A DNA stretch of 64,000 nt from Nitrospirales bacterium (GTDB lineage Bacteria > Nitrospirota > Nitrospiria > Nitrospirales > UBA8639), in assembly GCA_963555755.3 (NCBI GenBank), contig OY820905.2, positions 1,696,001-1,760,000 of the forward strand, in the 5' to 3' direction. Below the pieces are notes generated by a model, which was not told the origin of the DNA, did no database searches, and saw only the letters and a program-made list of their open reading frames with translations. Each line of letters starts with the position of its first letter. The stretch's first letter is position 1. The position numbers and the translations under genes are program-made. Below, in pieces: positions 39,593 through 49,664 of this stretch.

Positions 39593-41545
39593 ATGCTAAG
39601 CCGCACAGCTGAATCATTTTTTTGGATGGGCCGGAATTTTGAGCGTGTGGAGTATACCGCTCGCTATACCAACGTTCATTACCACCTGTTGTTGGAAACC
39701 ACCAATTCGAACGAGCAGACCCAACCCTGGAAGGAGTACCTCGAAGGGAATGGAGAATTCCAGCTGTATCAAGAAATCTATGGCCGCCTGAGGACCCAAT
39801 CCGTCCTGGAATTTTTGACCCTCCATCCCCAAAATCCGAATTCGTTATTTAACCTGATTCAGATGGGTCGGGAAAATGCTCGGGGCATTCAGGATCAACT
39901 GTCGAGCGAAGTCTGGTGCCATATCAACGACTTCTACCTTGGGTTGACGGATACACACAATGATGCTCTCTGGCCGAGCCCACATCGACTCCTCACGCAC
40001 ATTCAGCATATGTGTTACACCGCGGACGGGGTCCTGGGCAGCACCATGCTCCACGATGAGGGGTGGAACTTCTATCGTTTGGGTAAAAACATTGAACGAG
40101 CCGGACGAACGGCCCGACTCCTGAATGAGACGGTCCTCTCGAAAACCGACCCCGAACCCGGAGCTATCTCCGACTATCATCAATGTCTGGCGATTCTGAA
40201 ATCAGCCAGCGCCTATGAAGCCTATCGCAAGTTCTATCGGTCTCAGTTGGTTCCACGTAAGATCGTTCAATTTCTGTTGTTTCACAACAAGTTTCCACGA
40301 TCGGTCCGCTTCGCCGCGAGTCTGATTCGACAAATGCTCTCTCGGCTGTCATCCGGCCTTCGCAACCCTCAAGTACGCGAGGCCGAACGGCTGGCTGGCC
40401 AGTTCGCCGCTGATTTGGAATTTGGGAATTTAGAAGAAATCTACAGACTCGGCCTGCCCGTATTTCTCACCCAGGTTGTGTCGCAAGTGGATCAAATCAC
40501 CAATCGCATCGCGCAGACCTTTTTCGGCTCCGAAGGTTACTGTGATCAACCGATCCCTGTGGCAGAATATTTCCATCGCCCCCCGATTCATGTGTCACAA
40601 CCACGCAACGAGCCGGTCAAAGCGACACTCGCGGTCCAGCATTCCTTTGCGTACCACTATGATTCACCTGTGTCCCAGGTCAAGACCGTTATGCGATTAG
40701 CCCCGCCTCAACATTACGGCAAACAACGCCGCTTGGATATTCGTTGGCAGATGGACCCGCCATCGGACCACCGTCATTTCACAGATGCCTTTGGGAATTT
40801 GGTATGGCAACTCGACCATGCCCACATCGAGGATAAAATTCATTGTACCATTGAAATGAGAGTGGAAACACAAGCGTTGTACCTTATTGATGGAACCCTG
40901 GCTCTCCAGGGCGTCCAACCACAGGAATCCGATTGTACGGTGGATGCCGCTGAGTTTACACAACTCACCCGTCTGGTTGATCGATCGGAAGGGCTACTCC
41001 ACATGACGCGACAATCTCAAGAACGCGGCATGACCCCCTTTGAACTTGCAGAGTCGTTCCTTCACCAAGTGCACACGCATATGCGCTATGAGTCCGGTCG
41101 CACCCACGTCGGCACCACGGCCGCCGAGGCCTTCGCGCAAGGAGCCGGAGTCTGCCAGGACTATGCCCATGTCATGTTGGCCTTATGCCGGTTGGCCGGA
41201 CTGTCCGCCCGCTATGTCTCCGGTTATCTTCCCGGGGAAGGCCAGATGCATGCCTGGATTGAGGTCCTTCTTTCCACGGACTCGCAAGGAACGTTGCTGT
41301 GGGTACCTTACGATCCGACTCACCAACGCCGTTGTGATGAACGCTATCTCACCGTCGCCATTGGCCGAGATTATGAGGACATTGCACCAACCAGCGGCTA
41401 TTATTCAGGCGACGCGACCAATAGCCTTGCAATGTCCGTCTCCGTCACCATAGAAGATCAGGGTGGGACATCCCGTTGGCCCGTTGAGTCACGATTGATT
41501 CAAACCACCGCAGCCTACCATGAACTGGTCTCTCAGCAACAATGA
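39593..41545 (+). CDS. Alpha-E domain fused to a bacterial transglutaminase-like protein
   Basis: MLSRTAESFFWMGRNFER, ENAR, IERA, FPRSVRF (alpha-E); GVCQDYAH, HAWIEV, YDPT (Cys-His-Asp triad); ATG 39593 three bases after the upstream stop. Confidence 0.92.
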   Translation: MLSRTAESFFWMGRNFERVEYTARYTNVHYHLLLETTNSNEQTQPWKEYLEGNGEFQLYQEIYGRLRTQSVLEFLTLHPQNPNSLFNLIQMGRENARGIQDQLSSEVWCHINDFYLGLTDTHNDALWPSPHRLLTHIQHMCYTADGVLGSTMLHDEGWNFYRLGKNIERAGRTARLLNETVLSKTDPEPGAISDYHQCLAILKSASAYEAYRKFYRSQLVPRKIVQFLLFHNKFPRSVRFAASLIRQMLSRLSSGLRNPQVREAERLAGQFAADLEFGNLEEIYRLGLPVFLTQVVSQVDQITNRIAQTFFGSEGYCDQPIPVAEYFHRPPIHVSQPRNEPVKATLAVQHSFAYHYDSPVSQVKTVMRLAPPQHYGKQRRLDIRWQMDPPSDHRHFTDAFGNLVWQLDHAHIEDKIHCTIEMRVETQALYLIDGTLALQGVQPQESDCTVDAAEFTQLTRLVDRSEGLLHMTRQSQERGMTPFELAESFLHQVHTHMRYESGRTHVGTTAAEAFAQGAGVCQDYAHVMLALCRLAGLSARYVSGYLPGEGQMHAWIEVLLSTDSQGTLLWVPYDPTHQRRCDERYLTVAIGRDYEDIAPTSGYYSGDATNSLAMSVSVTIEDQGGTSRWPVESRLIQTTAAYHELVSQQQ

Positions 41546-43055
41546 CAAATTGTCTAATCAAGATAAAGGGTATGTCGTGATCTGGAATCTGTTTGGACGC
41601 GGAAAGGGACCGGAACCTCCGCAAAAGGATTTGGGGCCCTATTCAAACTACCGGTTGGCTGTGAGACTCGAACTGACTCAGAAACTCGGAGTCTTTGCGG
41701 AAGTGGCCACACTGTTAGCGGAAGAAGGGGCCAGTCTTGGTGCGGCGGATATTGTCTCCGCGTCAAAATCTACCGTGGTCCGTGACATTACTTTTGACGC
41801 CAAAAACGAAGAGCATGGACAGAAAATATTAGAACTGTTGGACCTACTCGACGACGTGAAGGTCATTTCAGCCTCTGATCGTATTTTCATGATGCACGTG
41901 GGTGGGAAAATCCAGGTGAGCAGTAAGTTTCCCATCAACAACCGAAATACCCTTTCAATGGCGTATACGCCAGGCGTGGGTCGCGTCTGTCAAGCCATTG
42001 CCGGTGATCCATCTTTGGCCTATCGATTTACGAGTAAGGGCAACAGTATCGCCGTCGTCACCGACGGGTCCGCGGTTCTCGGACTAGGGAGTCTTGGTCC
42101 CGAAGCGGCACTGCCGGTCATGGAAGGGAAAGTCATGCTCTTCCACCAATTCGCAGGAATCGATGCCTGGCCGATTTGCCTGGATACCAGAGATCCGGAT
42201 GAAATCATCAAGATCGTGTCGGCCATCGCCCCAAGTTTTGGGGGCATCAACCTTGAAGATATTAGCGCTCCACGCTGCTTTGAGATTGAACGGCAATTGC
42301 AGGACAAGCTTGATATTCCGGTGATGCACGATGACCAACATGGAACTGCCGTCGTGGTTTTGGCCGCACTCCATAATGCGCTCACCGTGACCCACCGTCG
42401 GTTAGAGGATATCACGATTGTCGTGAATGGCCTTGGCGCAGCCGGCACCGCATGCTGCCAATTGCTCCTTGCTGCGGGACTCCAACACTTGAGAGGCTGT
42501 GACAAGCAGGGATTTGTCCTCAGAGGCGAGACGCAGGAACTGTATAATCGGCGCAATACCCTTCCTGCCATCATCCAATATGACAAACCCATTGGCACAT
42601 TGCGCGATGCGCTCCAAGGCGCGGACGTGTTCATCGGGCTTTCCACGGGGAATGTCTTGCAACCACAGGATCTTGATCTCATGGCTCAAGACCCCATCGT
42701 GTTTGCGCTCGCGAATCCCGACCCGGAATTAGCCCCTGAAGCCGCGCATAATCATTGCCGGATCTATGCGAGTGGTCGGTCGGACTACCCCAATCAGAGC
42801 AATAACTTATTGGCCTTTCCCGGAATCTTTCGAGGGGCGTTAGATGTTCAGGCCAGGACCATTAATGAATCCATGCAACTTGCTGCCGCTGGTGCCTTAG
42901 CTGATGTCATCCCTGCTTCATCCCTCAGTGAAGAATACATTATTCCGAGCGTCTTCAATAAACACGTGGTTCCAGCCGTGGCCCAAGCCGTCGCCAAGGC
43001 CGCACAAGAAACCGGCGTGGCCCGAAAAACGTCGCAACATCTGATAACAGAATAG
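41520..43055 (+). CDS. NAD(P)-dependent malic enzyme with N-terminal ACT domain (true start possibly GTG 41577)
   Basis: LSMAYTPGV, PVMEGK, GGINLEDI, HDDQHGTA, GRSDYPNQ. Confidence 0.93.
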   Translation: MNWSLSNNDKLSNQDKGYVVIWNLFGRGKGPEPPQKDLGPYSNYRLAVRLELTQKLGVFAEVATLLAEEGASLGAADIVSASKSTVVRDITFDAKNEEHGQKILELLDLLDDVKVISASDRIFMMHVGGKIQVSSKFPINNRNTLSMAYTPGVGRVCQAIAGDPSLAYRFTSKGNSIAVVTDGSAVLGLGSLGPEAALPVMEGKVMLFHQFAGIDAWPICLDTRDPDEIIKIVSAIAPSFGGINLEDISAPRCFEIERQLQDKLDIPVMHDDQHGTAVVVLAALHNALTVTHRRLEDITIVVNGLGAAGTACCQLLLAAGLQHLRGCDKQGFVLRGETQELYNRRNTLPAIIQYDKPIGTLRDALQGADVFIGLSTGNVLQPQDLDLMAQDPIVFALANPDPELAPEAAHNHCRIYASGRSDYPNQSNNLLAFPGIFRGALDVQARTINESMQLAAAGALADVIPASSLSEEYIIPSVFNKHVVPAVAQAVAKAAQETGVARKTSQHLITE

Positions 43056-43196
43056 GATGGGATAATCTTATCCTTCCCCTTCCCCACCACCGGTTTCGTT
43101 TTTACTACCATCACGTCACGAACTCTGACTCTCCGAGGCCCACTCCGGTGATGAGCACAGACGAAAATTCCTCCAGCCAGGGTTGAATACACTTCA

Positions 43197-43521
43197 ACCT
43201 AGAAACAGCAGTTGGATCACAAAAGTCCGAGAAAGCTCTTGGCGCACCTGATAAAATACAAAAAGGTCTCATCACCACTAAGGGTTCGCGCAACAATAAC
43301 TTTCCCTGTTTGGGTGCTGAGACACCTGTCTGGCAAGGCGCGAGGACTGCGCATACTCCTCGTATGGAAAGGACGAGCAACGCCGCCAGGCGGGATGGAT
43401 CGACGCCCAAACAGGGCAAGTTATTGTTGCGCGAGCCCTAAGGCAACCACGCCTTTTTGTCTTTCACCATGCACACCAATATCTTACACGTCTTTTTTGC
43501 GCCCAACTGCCGTTTCTAGGT
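43197..43521. mobile_element. Family C element (reverse) with family B (43282-43438) nested
   Basis: TCA on both flanks of C; TAA on both flanks of B. Confidence 0.88.
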
Positions 43522-43832
43522 TCAAAGCCAAAAACGGAACATGCATGCGAGCGCGTTCATAGGAAAACCGCAGCCCTCTTCACCTCCCAATAATACGGAG
43601 ATTCACCCATAAAGAATCTCTTCAGTTAGACCGAAAACTTGATGAGTCTAGAGTACTGATAGGTCTCCTCAATTGTTCATTGTTCGGTATGCTTGGGTGA
43701 GATCAGGCAATATTGGTGAAGGAGCAGGAAATGTGGCTCCATCGGGAGAAGACCGGATACTTCGGCACGAACAATGATTCATCGTTACTGAAGATATAGT
43801 AGGAAAAGATTCCCTTCCCTGAGATTCGCATT

Positions 43833-44615
43833 ATGGAATGTATTCTCTGTACAACGTCCATTGGACTAGTGGTAGGAACCTTGGTCGGGCTCACCGGCTT
43901 GGGAGGAGGCGTGGTCTTATTGCCACTTCTCATTTTCGGGTTGCAGACCCCTCCCATCATCGCCATAGGTTCTGGAGCCACATTTGCCACCGTGACCAAG
44001 ATCGGGGCCGCCATTGTCCACTGGCGCCATGGTAATGTTGATTGGAAACTCGCCGGAGCCATGGCCATCGGCAGCATACCTGGCGCCTTAATTGGCGTCG
44101 CACTCTTAGGCCACCTCCAATCGCAATACGGAGAATCTGTCAATGGGATCCTGACAACCATGATTGGGGTCTTGTTGCTTACTATCCCCTTTCTCTTACT
44201 GTTCCAGGGCCATCTTGAGAAAAATGGCGGCCTCTCCTTACGGGAACGGCTCCCTGGATATCTCACCCGGTATAACGGAGCTTTTTTTATTGGAATCGAA
44301 GGAGGCTTACTCGTCGGACTCACATCGGTCGGGGCGGGGAGCGTGATTATTTTGTTCTTGCTCCTCTTCTATCGGCTCACACCCAAGATCATGATCGGGA
44401 CCGATATTGTACATGCCGTCATGCTGACAGGGGTGACGGGACTCGCTCATATGAAATTAGGCACGGTCGATTTCAGTTTAGTCGGCTGGCTGATCTTAGG
44501 CTCCGTGCCAGGAGTTTTCGTAGGCTCAGTCTTAACAAAAGTCATCTCAGGCGAGTGGTTAAAAAGAGGCCTCATGATTATCTTAGTCTCAACAGGGATC
44601 ACGATGCTCATATGA
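43833..44615 (+). CDS. TauE/SafE sulfite-exporter family permease
   Basis: GLTGLGGG, GLTSVGAGS, IGTDIVHAV; ~8 TM segments. Confidence 0.9.
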   Translation: MECILCTTSIGLVVGTLVGLTGLGGGVVLLPLLIFGLQTPPIIAIGSGATFATVTKIGAAIVHWRHGNVDWKLAGAMAIGSIPGALIGVALLGHLQSQYGESVNGILTTMIGVLLLTIPFLLLFQGHLEKNGGLSLRERLPGYLTRYNGAFFIGIEGGLLVGLTSVGAGSVIILFLLLFYRLTPKIMIGTDIVHAVMLTGVTGLAHMKLGTVDFSLVGWLILGSVPGVFVGSVLTKVISGEWLKRGLMIILVSTGITMLI

Positions 44616-44685
44616 GTAGGCCAACGCCAGAAATGTCCTCAGTCGATGAGAGTTTTTCTCTCGTCATTCCAAATGAGCTCCATAA

Positions 44686-44788
44686 ACTCGAAATACGAAT
44701 ATCGAATTCCGAAACAAATCCGAAATTCGAATTTTTCAATTTGGTCATTCTCATTTGTTTCGGATTTCGATATTCGAGCTTCGGATTT
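44686..44788. repeat. Inverted heptamer array (CGAA.. / ..TTCG), copy 1
   Basis: CTCGAAATACGAATATCGAATTCCGAAACAAAT ... ATTTGTTTCGGATTTCGATATTCGAGCTTCGGATTT. Confidence 0.85.
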
Positions 44789-44804
44789 ACTCTATTCGAT
44801 GAAC

Positions 44805-47516
44805 TTATCCTGGAAATGCATCCACGGCTTGGCGAAGGGTTTCTCGGATTTTCTCACAGGCGGTGACATCCTCGATCTTTTCCCCTTCGGATCCCGTGAC
44901 ATAAAACACATCGACGACTTGATCGAGCCGAGTCGCTATCCTTGCTGCATGGATGGATAACCCTAACTCAAACACTGTCCGCGCAATCACCGCCAATAAT
45001 CCCTGACGATCATCGGCAAACACATCGATAATCGTCATTTGATCAGAGGTTTCATTATCGATCTGGACATCAGCCGGTTTAGGGGTAACCGGGAAAGGCC
45101 GCTCGAACGTCAGACGTTGACTCCGCTTGGATAAATTAGCGATCGATTCGTTTCCACACAAAACATCAAGGATCGCTCTCCCAACCTTCTGGCGCTTCTG
45201 TTCAGTGGGTGCCCCATCAAAGTCCCGATCGTGAACAAAAAACGAATCAAACACAATGCCATCATGTCTGGTCATAATTTGAGCATCGAGGACATGCAGC
45301 CCCAACGCGGCCAGCACCCCGGTCACGTTCATGAAAATCCCTGGGGTCACATGATCTCGAGCAATCAGGGTATACTCACACACACGCAGGTCAGCATGAT
45401 ACGCCGACTCCACAACCGCACTCGTCATAGGAAGCCGTTGCAAGGCTTGTAAGTGCACGGCCATCCGATCGCGAGGGGTTCCCGACAAATACCGCAGGGG
45501 GAACCTTTCTAATTGATCCTCAACCCAATCTTGACGAGCATCAGAAGATGGTGTGGTGCCGTCGCCAGGTCCAGGCGCCAAACCTGTTGAGTTCCACAGA
45601 CTCAGAACTTCCGTGGCAACCTCTTTGATATTCTTGGTCACGTCAACAGCTTCACGTCCACCGGACACCTCCGGCAGCGTTCGTAAATACAGTTCGATTA
45701 ATAACGACTCTTTCCATTTGGTCAGCGTACCAGGCCCCACAGCTGCAATATCGGCCGCCGTCAGCAGCAGCAATTTCTTCAACAGAGCCGGTGTACCCAC
45801 AGCCCGTGAGAACTTCAGCAACACCTTCTCATCATAAGGATCACGTCGAAAGGCCGTGTGGGACATGAGCAAGTGGTGAAACACAAGATACTCTAACGTG
45901 CGAGTCTCCTGCTGGTCCAATTGCAATCGTGAGGCCATATCTCGCGCAATTCCTTGTCCCACTTCACTGTGATCTTCAGGAAGACCTTTCCCAATATCAT
46001 GCAGCAGCGCTGCTAAATGCAAAAGGTCCTTCTGCTGAATTTCGTGATACACATCGTGAAATATTCCCTCTTGGCGTCCTAATCGCTCCACCTCCCGCAC
46101 CGCAAACAGGCTATGTTCGTCAACAGTATACTTGTGATATTGATTAAACTGCATGAGCCCACGGACACGACTAAAGGCCGGGACAAGTTTCTCCAACACG
46201 CGGGCTTGATGCATCAGCATTAATGTCTGCGCCACGGAACCCGGTCCGGAGAGGATGTCCCGAAAAGCCTGTCTCGCGGATGGCGTGCAGAACACATCAT
46301 CGGACACGGTGTCCATATGTCGGTGAATTTCTTCGATTGTGAACCCGTCAATGGCGAGACCGCGTTCCTGAGACAGCTTGAACAGATTGAGCAACCGTCC
46401 AGGATCACGTAGGACGTCGAGAAGCTTGTCTTGAGGAACGAAGAGGCTAGACTCGGACAAGGAGAAATACCCGTTAACCAAAGGCCGCGGCCACCATCCC
46501 TTGACACGATTCCACAAGGATTGGCCTTGAGAACGATCGACAAACCGGACACACCGATCATAGATTCCCATGGTATGCCGATAATACACCTGCATGAACT
46601 GTTCAACGGCAAGCAGATGGGCTTGGTCATGAAACCCAAACTCTTTGGCTAACCGGACTTGTTCCTCAAACGAAAGAATGTCCTGCGCACGCCCGGCTTC
46701 AAGGTGCAAAAACGTGCGAACCTTCCATAAGAACTCTCGAGCCTCAATCAACGCGGTATAATCCTGATGAGCCAGAATGCCGCGATTGGCCAGATCCTGT
46801 AACGTGGCCGCTTGATATTTAGCCATGCCTACCCATTGCAGCAAATGCAGATCGCGCAATCCCCCCTTGGTCTTCTTGATGTTGGGTTCGAGCAAATAAA
46901 TGGTCTCGCCAAATTTGGCATAATCGCGTGTTCGTTCTTCGACCTTCTCTCGAATGAACGTGTCGACGCGCCGACCCAAAATACGTCGCGCAAAGCGTCG
47001 CCGAAATTCCTGAAAGACGGAAGCCCCTCCTGTCAGAAATCGCGATTCCATGAGAGCCGTTTTCACGGCTAAATCTTCTTCTGCCAGGACCAAGCAATCC
47101 TGAATGGACCGAACACTATGCCCCACTTGAAATCCTAAATCCCACAGATGATGGAACACCTGAGTGGACAGCGTGTTGACGACCTTCTCCCCCCCGGCGC
47201 TATAGAGTACCATTACATCGATATCCGAATAGGGTGATAGCTCCCGACGTCCATACCCACCGACCGCCACCAGGCAACACTGTTGTATCCCAACAGCCAC
47301 AGCCCCGACTTGCTGACGGAGAACGTTTCGATATCGAGCCATCAAGACGGAATCGACTAAGTCCGTAAAGCCAGCTACGACTTCAGAACCCGATGCTCCA
47401 TCCCTCAACCGTTGGCACAGACCATCACGCCGCTCTCGGAGCACAGCCTGAGTCGTTGTCAGCTCCTCCTCACCAGAAATAGATTCCGAGGGTTCAGATC
47501 GCGTTGAAAACTTCAT
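44805..47516 (-). CDS. glnD: [Protein-PII] uridylyltransferase/uridylyl-removing enzyme
   Basis: AVGGYGRRELSPYSDID, GGLRD, HKYTVDEH, LLHDIGKG, two C-terminal ACT domains. Confidence 0.96.
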   Translation of the reverse strand: MKFSTRSEPSESISGEEELTTTQAVLRERRDGLCQRLRDGASGSEVVAGFTDLVDSVLMARYRNVLRQQVGAVAVGIQQCCLVAVGGYGRRELSPYSDIDVMVLYSAGGEKVVNTLSTQVFHHLWDLGFQVGHSVRSIQDCLVLAEEDLAVKTALMESRFLTGGASVFQEFRRRFARRILGRRVDTFIREKVEERTRDYAKFGETIYLLEPNIKKTKGGLRDLHLLQWVGMAKYQAATLQDLANRGILAHQDYTALIEAREFLWKVRTFLHLEAGRAQDILSFEEQVRLAKEFGFHDQAHLLAVEQFMQVYYRHTMGIYDRCVRFVDRSQGQSLWNRVKGWWPRPLVNGYFSLSESSLFVPQDKLLDVLRDPGRLLNLFKLSQERGLAIDGFTIEEIHRHMDTVSDDVFCTPSARQAFRDILSGPGSVAQTLMLMHQARVLEKLVPAFSRVRGLMQFNQYHKYTVDEHSLFAVREVERLGRQEGIFHDVYHEIQQKDLLHLAALLHDIGKGLPEDHSEVGQGIARDMASRLQLDQQETRTLEYLVFHHLLMSHTAFRRDPYDEKVLLKFSRAVGTPALLKKLLLLTAADIAAVGPGTLTKWKESLLIELYLRTLPEVSGGREAVDVTKNIKEVATEVLSLWNSTGLAPGPGDGTTPSSDARQDWVEDQLERFPLRYLSGTPRDRMAVHLQALQRLPMTSAVVESAYHADLRVCEYTLIARDHVTPGIFMNVTGVLAALGLHVLDAQIMTRHDGIVFDSFFVHDRDFDGAPTEQKRQKVGRAILDVLCGNESIANLSKRSQRLTFERPFPVTPKPADVQIDNETSDQMTIIDVFADDRQGLLAVIARTVFELGLSIHAARIATRLDQVVDVFYVTGSEGEKIEDVTACEKIRETLRQAVDAFPG

Positions 47517-47563
47517 GCCACTTTTCTCTTCGTTCCTTTTAGTATCCGCTCAAATAGAGTTTT

Positions 47564-47724
47564 AAATCCGAAAAACGAATCTCGAAATCCGAAACAAATC
47601 CGAAATCTTAAATTCGAATGCTTCACATTAGGCACGGCAATTTGTTTCGAATTTCGCCATTCGAACTTCCTCATTTTGGTCATTAAAATTTGTTTCGAAT
47701 TTCGGGATTCGGATTTCGAATTTT
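47564..47724. repeat. Inverted heptamer array, copy 2
   Basis: AATCCGAAAAACGAATCTCGAAATCCGAAACAAAT ... ATTTGTTTCGAATTTCGGGATTCGGATTTCGAATTT. Confidence 0.85.
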
Positions 47725-47730
47725 TTCATA

Positions 47731-49524
47731 TTAATGTTTGACGTATCGATTGGTGATGGGCATCCGCCTATCTTTCCCCAGAGCTCGCTGCGTGATCTTG
47801 ATGCCAATCGGCGCCTGCCGCCGTTTATATTCGCTTCGATCCACCATGGCCATCACACCTCGAACGGTTTGGGATTTCATGCCGAGCTTTACGATCTCAG
47901 GCAATGAACGATCCTCTTCCACATACGCCTCTAAAATCCGATCGAGGACATCGTATGGCGGCAACGTATCTTGATCAATTTGATCGGGCTTTAACTCCGC
48001 CGAAGGAGCTCGTTCCATGATTCGAACGGGAATCAGATCCTTCCCGTGTTGTTCGTACGCCCGACGGTTCCGATATCGTGCCAGCTCATACACCAGCATT
48101 TTCGGCACATCTTTAATCACAGCAAACCCACCTGCCATATCGCCGTACAGGGTGGCATAGCCAACGCTCATTTCACTTTTGTTCCCGGTCGTGAGGACCA
48201 AATGTCCAAATTTATTCGACAAGGCCATTAAGAGGGTCCCTCGAATTCTGGCCTGGAGATTTTCCTCAGTTGTATCGTGGGGTCTAGTCCCGAAAGCCGG
48301 TGCCAATAGAGTCACAAATTGCTTCCACACTCCTGCAATCGAAATCGTGAGTAATGTACACTTGAGTGCTTTCATCAGCGCTCGGGAATCGTCCCGACTT
48401 TCCCGAGAGGTAAACTTCGAAGGCATGAACACACCGGTGACATTGTCCGGGCCTATCGCATCAGCCGCGATCACCGCCGTGAGAGCCGAATCAATGCCTC
48501 CGCTGATCCCGATGACTACGATAGAAAAACGGTTCTTCCGTACATAGTCTCGCACTCCTGTCACTAGAGCAAGGTAGACTTCCTCCAACGGGTCCAGCTT
48601 CGAGATGGGATGGCGAATAATTGCCTTCTTTTCCTGGTGTCGAGCGTTCCTTGTAGCCACAACTTTTTTGATGGGATAGTGGACAGCCGCTCGTCCTTTT
48701 TCCGGTTTTCCGGCAACGACCAGTCTAGAGGGCGTATCCTCAAATTGAAGATCCGCAACGACAAGATCCTCTTCAAAGGCTTTCCCCCGAGTCATGATAC
48801 GTCCCTTGCCATCCACCAACACGCTATTGCCATCAAAGACCATTTCATCCTGCCCACCTACCATGTTGGTGTAACTCACCATGACACCATTTTCTCGAGC
48901 CCGTTGCGATAACATCCGTTCACGAACAGCGCTTTTCCCCTTGTGATAGGGGGACGCATTGATATTAATGATCAATTCGGCATGCCCACAACGAACTTGA
49001 TCTCGCGTGGGTCCATCCGGGTACCAGATGTCTTCACAAATATTGACGCCCACTCGAATGCCATCGACCACACAAACCAACGCCTGACGACCCGGATGGA
49101 AATACCGGCTTTCATCAAAGACGCCATAATTCGGTAACAACGACTTATGACAGGTCGCGACAATTTTACGATCGTGTATCACCGCTGCCGCATTAAAATT
49201 TGGGCGGGGTCCTGAAGGAACCACCAACGACGTCGTGGGCTTCACACTCCTTGCCTTTCCCTCTTCCACAAAACCAACCACCACCGTGAGGTGACGACAT
49301 TGTTTTACGAATTGATCCAGAGCCTGACGTGTATCGTGGAGAAAACTGGGGCGAAGAAGAAGATCTTCTGGCGGGTATCCGGTGATCGCCAACTCGGGAA
49401 AGACCACCAGATTAGCCTCCACCCGACGGGCTTCCTTCAGCCATCGCGTCATCGCCCGAACATTTCCCTTCAAATCCCCAACAATCGAGTTCATCTGGAC
49501 CATGGCAATTCGGCAAAGTCGCAT
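47731..49524 (-). CDS. nadE: Glutamine-dependent NAD+ synthetase
   Basis: Nitrilase domain FPEL, K..LPNYGVFDE, ICEDIW; synthetase SGGIDS, ENLQAR, TTGNKSE; start set at MRLCRIAMVQ. Confidence 0.96.
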   Translation of the reverse strand: MRLCRIAMVQMNSIVGDLKGNVRAMTRWLKEARRVEANLVVFPELAITGYPPEDLLLRPSFLHDTRQALDQFVKQCRHLTVVVGFVEEGKARSVKPTTSLVVPSGPRPNFNAAAVIHDRKIVATCHKSLLPNYGVFDESRYFHPGRQALVCVVDGIRVGVNICEDIWYPDGPTRDQVRCGHAELIININASPYHKGKSAVRERMLSQRARENGVMVSYTNMVGGQDEMVFDGNSVLVDGKGRIMTRGKAFEEDLVVADLQFEDTPSRLVVAGKPEKGRAAVHYPIKKVVATRNARHQEKKAIIRHPISKLDPLEEVYLALVTGVRDYVRKNRFSIVVIGISGGIDSALTAVIAADAIGPDNVTGVFMPSKFTSRESRDDSRALMKALKCTLLTISIAGVWKQFVTLLAPAFGTRPHDTTEENLQARIRGTLLMALSNKFGHLVLTTGNKSEMSVGYATLYGDMAGGFAVIKDVPKMLVYELARYRNRRAYEQHGKDLIPVRIMERAPSAELKPDQIDQDTLPPYDVLDRILEAYVEEDRSLPEIVKLGMKSQTVRGVMAMVDRSEYKRRQAPIGIKITQRALGKDRRMPITNRYVKH

Positions 49525-49527
49525 AGC

Positions 49528-49566
49528 AAAAAAAAACGTCCTCATTCCTTTAGGAAATGAAGGACG
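49528..49566 (-). terminator. Intrinsic terminator (attenuator) immediately upstream of the nadE start
   Basis: Minus strand CGTCCTTCATTTCC-TAAA-GGAATGAGGACG followed by nine T. Confidence 0.8.
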
Positions 49567-49593
49567 CCTTTGTCCACACACCATAACATTAGG
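49562..49593 (-). promoter_or_regulatory. ANTAR-binding tandem hexaloop RNA motif overlapping the terminator
   Basis: P2 GGAC-AAAGGC-GTCC (A1/G4 hexaloop) shares CGTCC with the terminator 5' arm; weaker P1 CCT-AATGTT-ATGG 5 nt upstream. Confidence 0.75.
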
Positions 49594-49624
49594 GGATATT
49601 CCCCCTCCTCGTTTCTTGCCCTCG

Positions 49625-49654
49625 CTTGTAACAAGGTCAGCGTGACACTGTCAA
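49625..49654 (-). promoter_or_regulatory. Possible sigma70 promoter for the nadE leader
   Basis: TTGACA-N18-TACAAG with TG extended -10. Confidence 0.45.
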
Positions 49655-49664
49655 GCTAAGGGGC

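Noticed and set aside
49525..49584. N-terminal extension of NadE (MVCGQRRPSFPKGMRTFFFA)
   Set aside because: It is the translation of the ANTAR hairpin, terminator and T tract; domain homology begins at MRLCRIA
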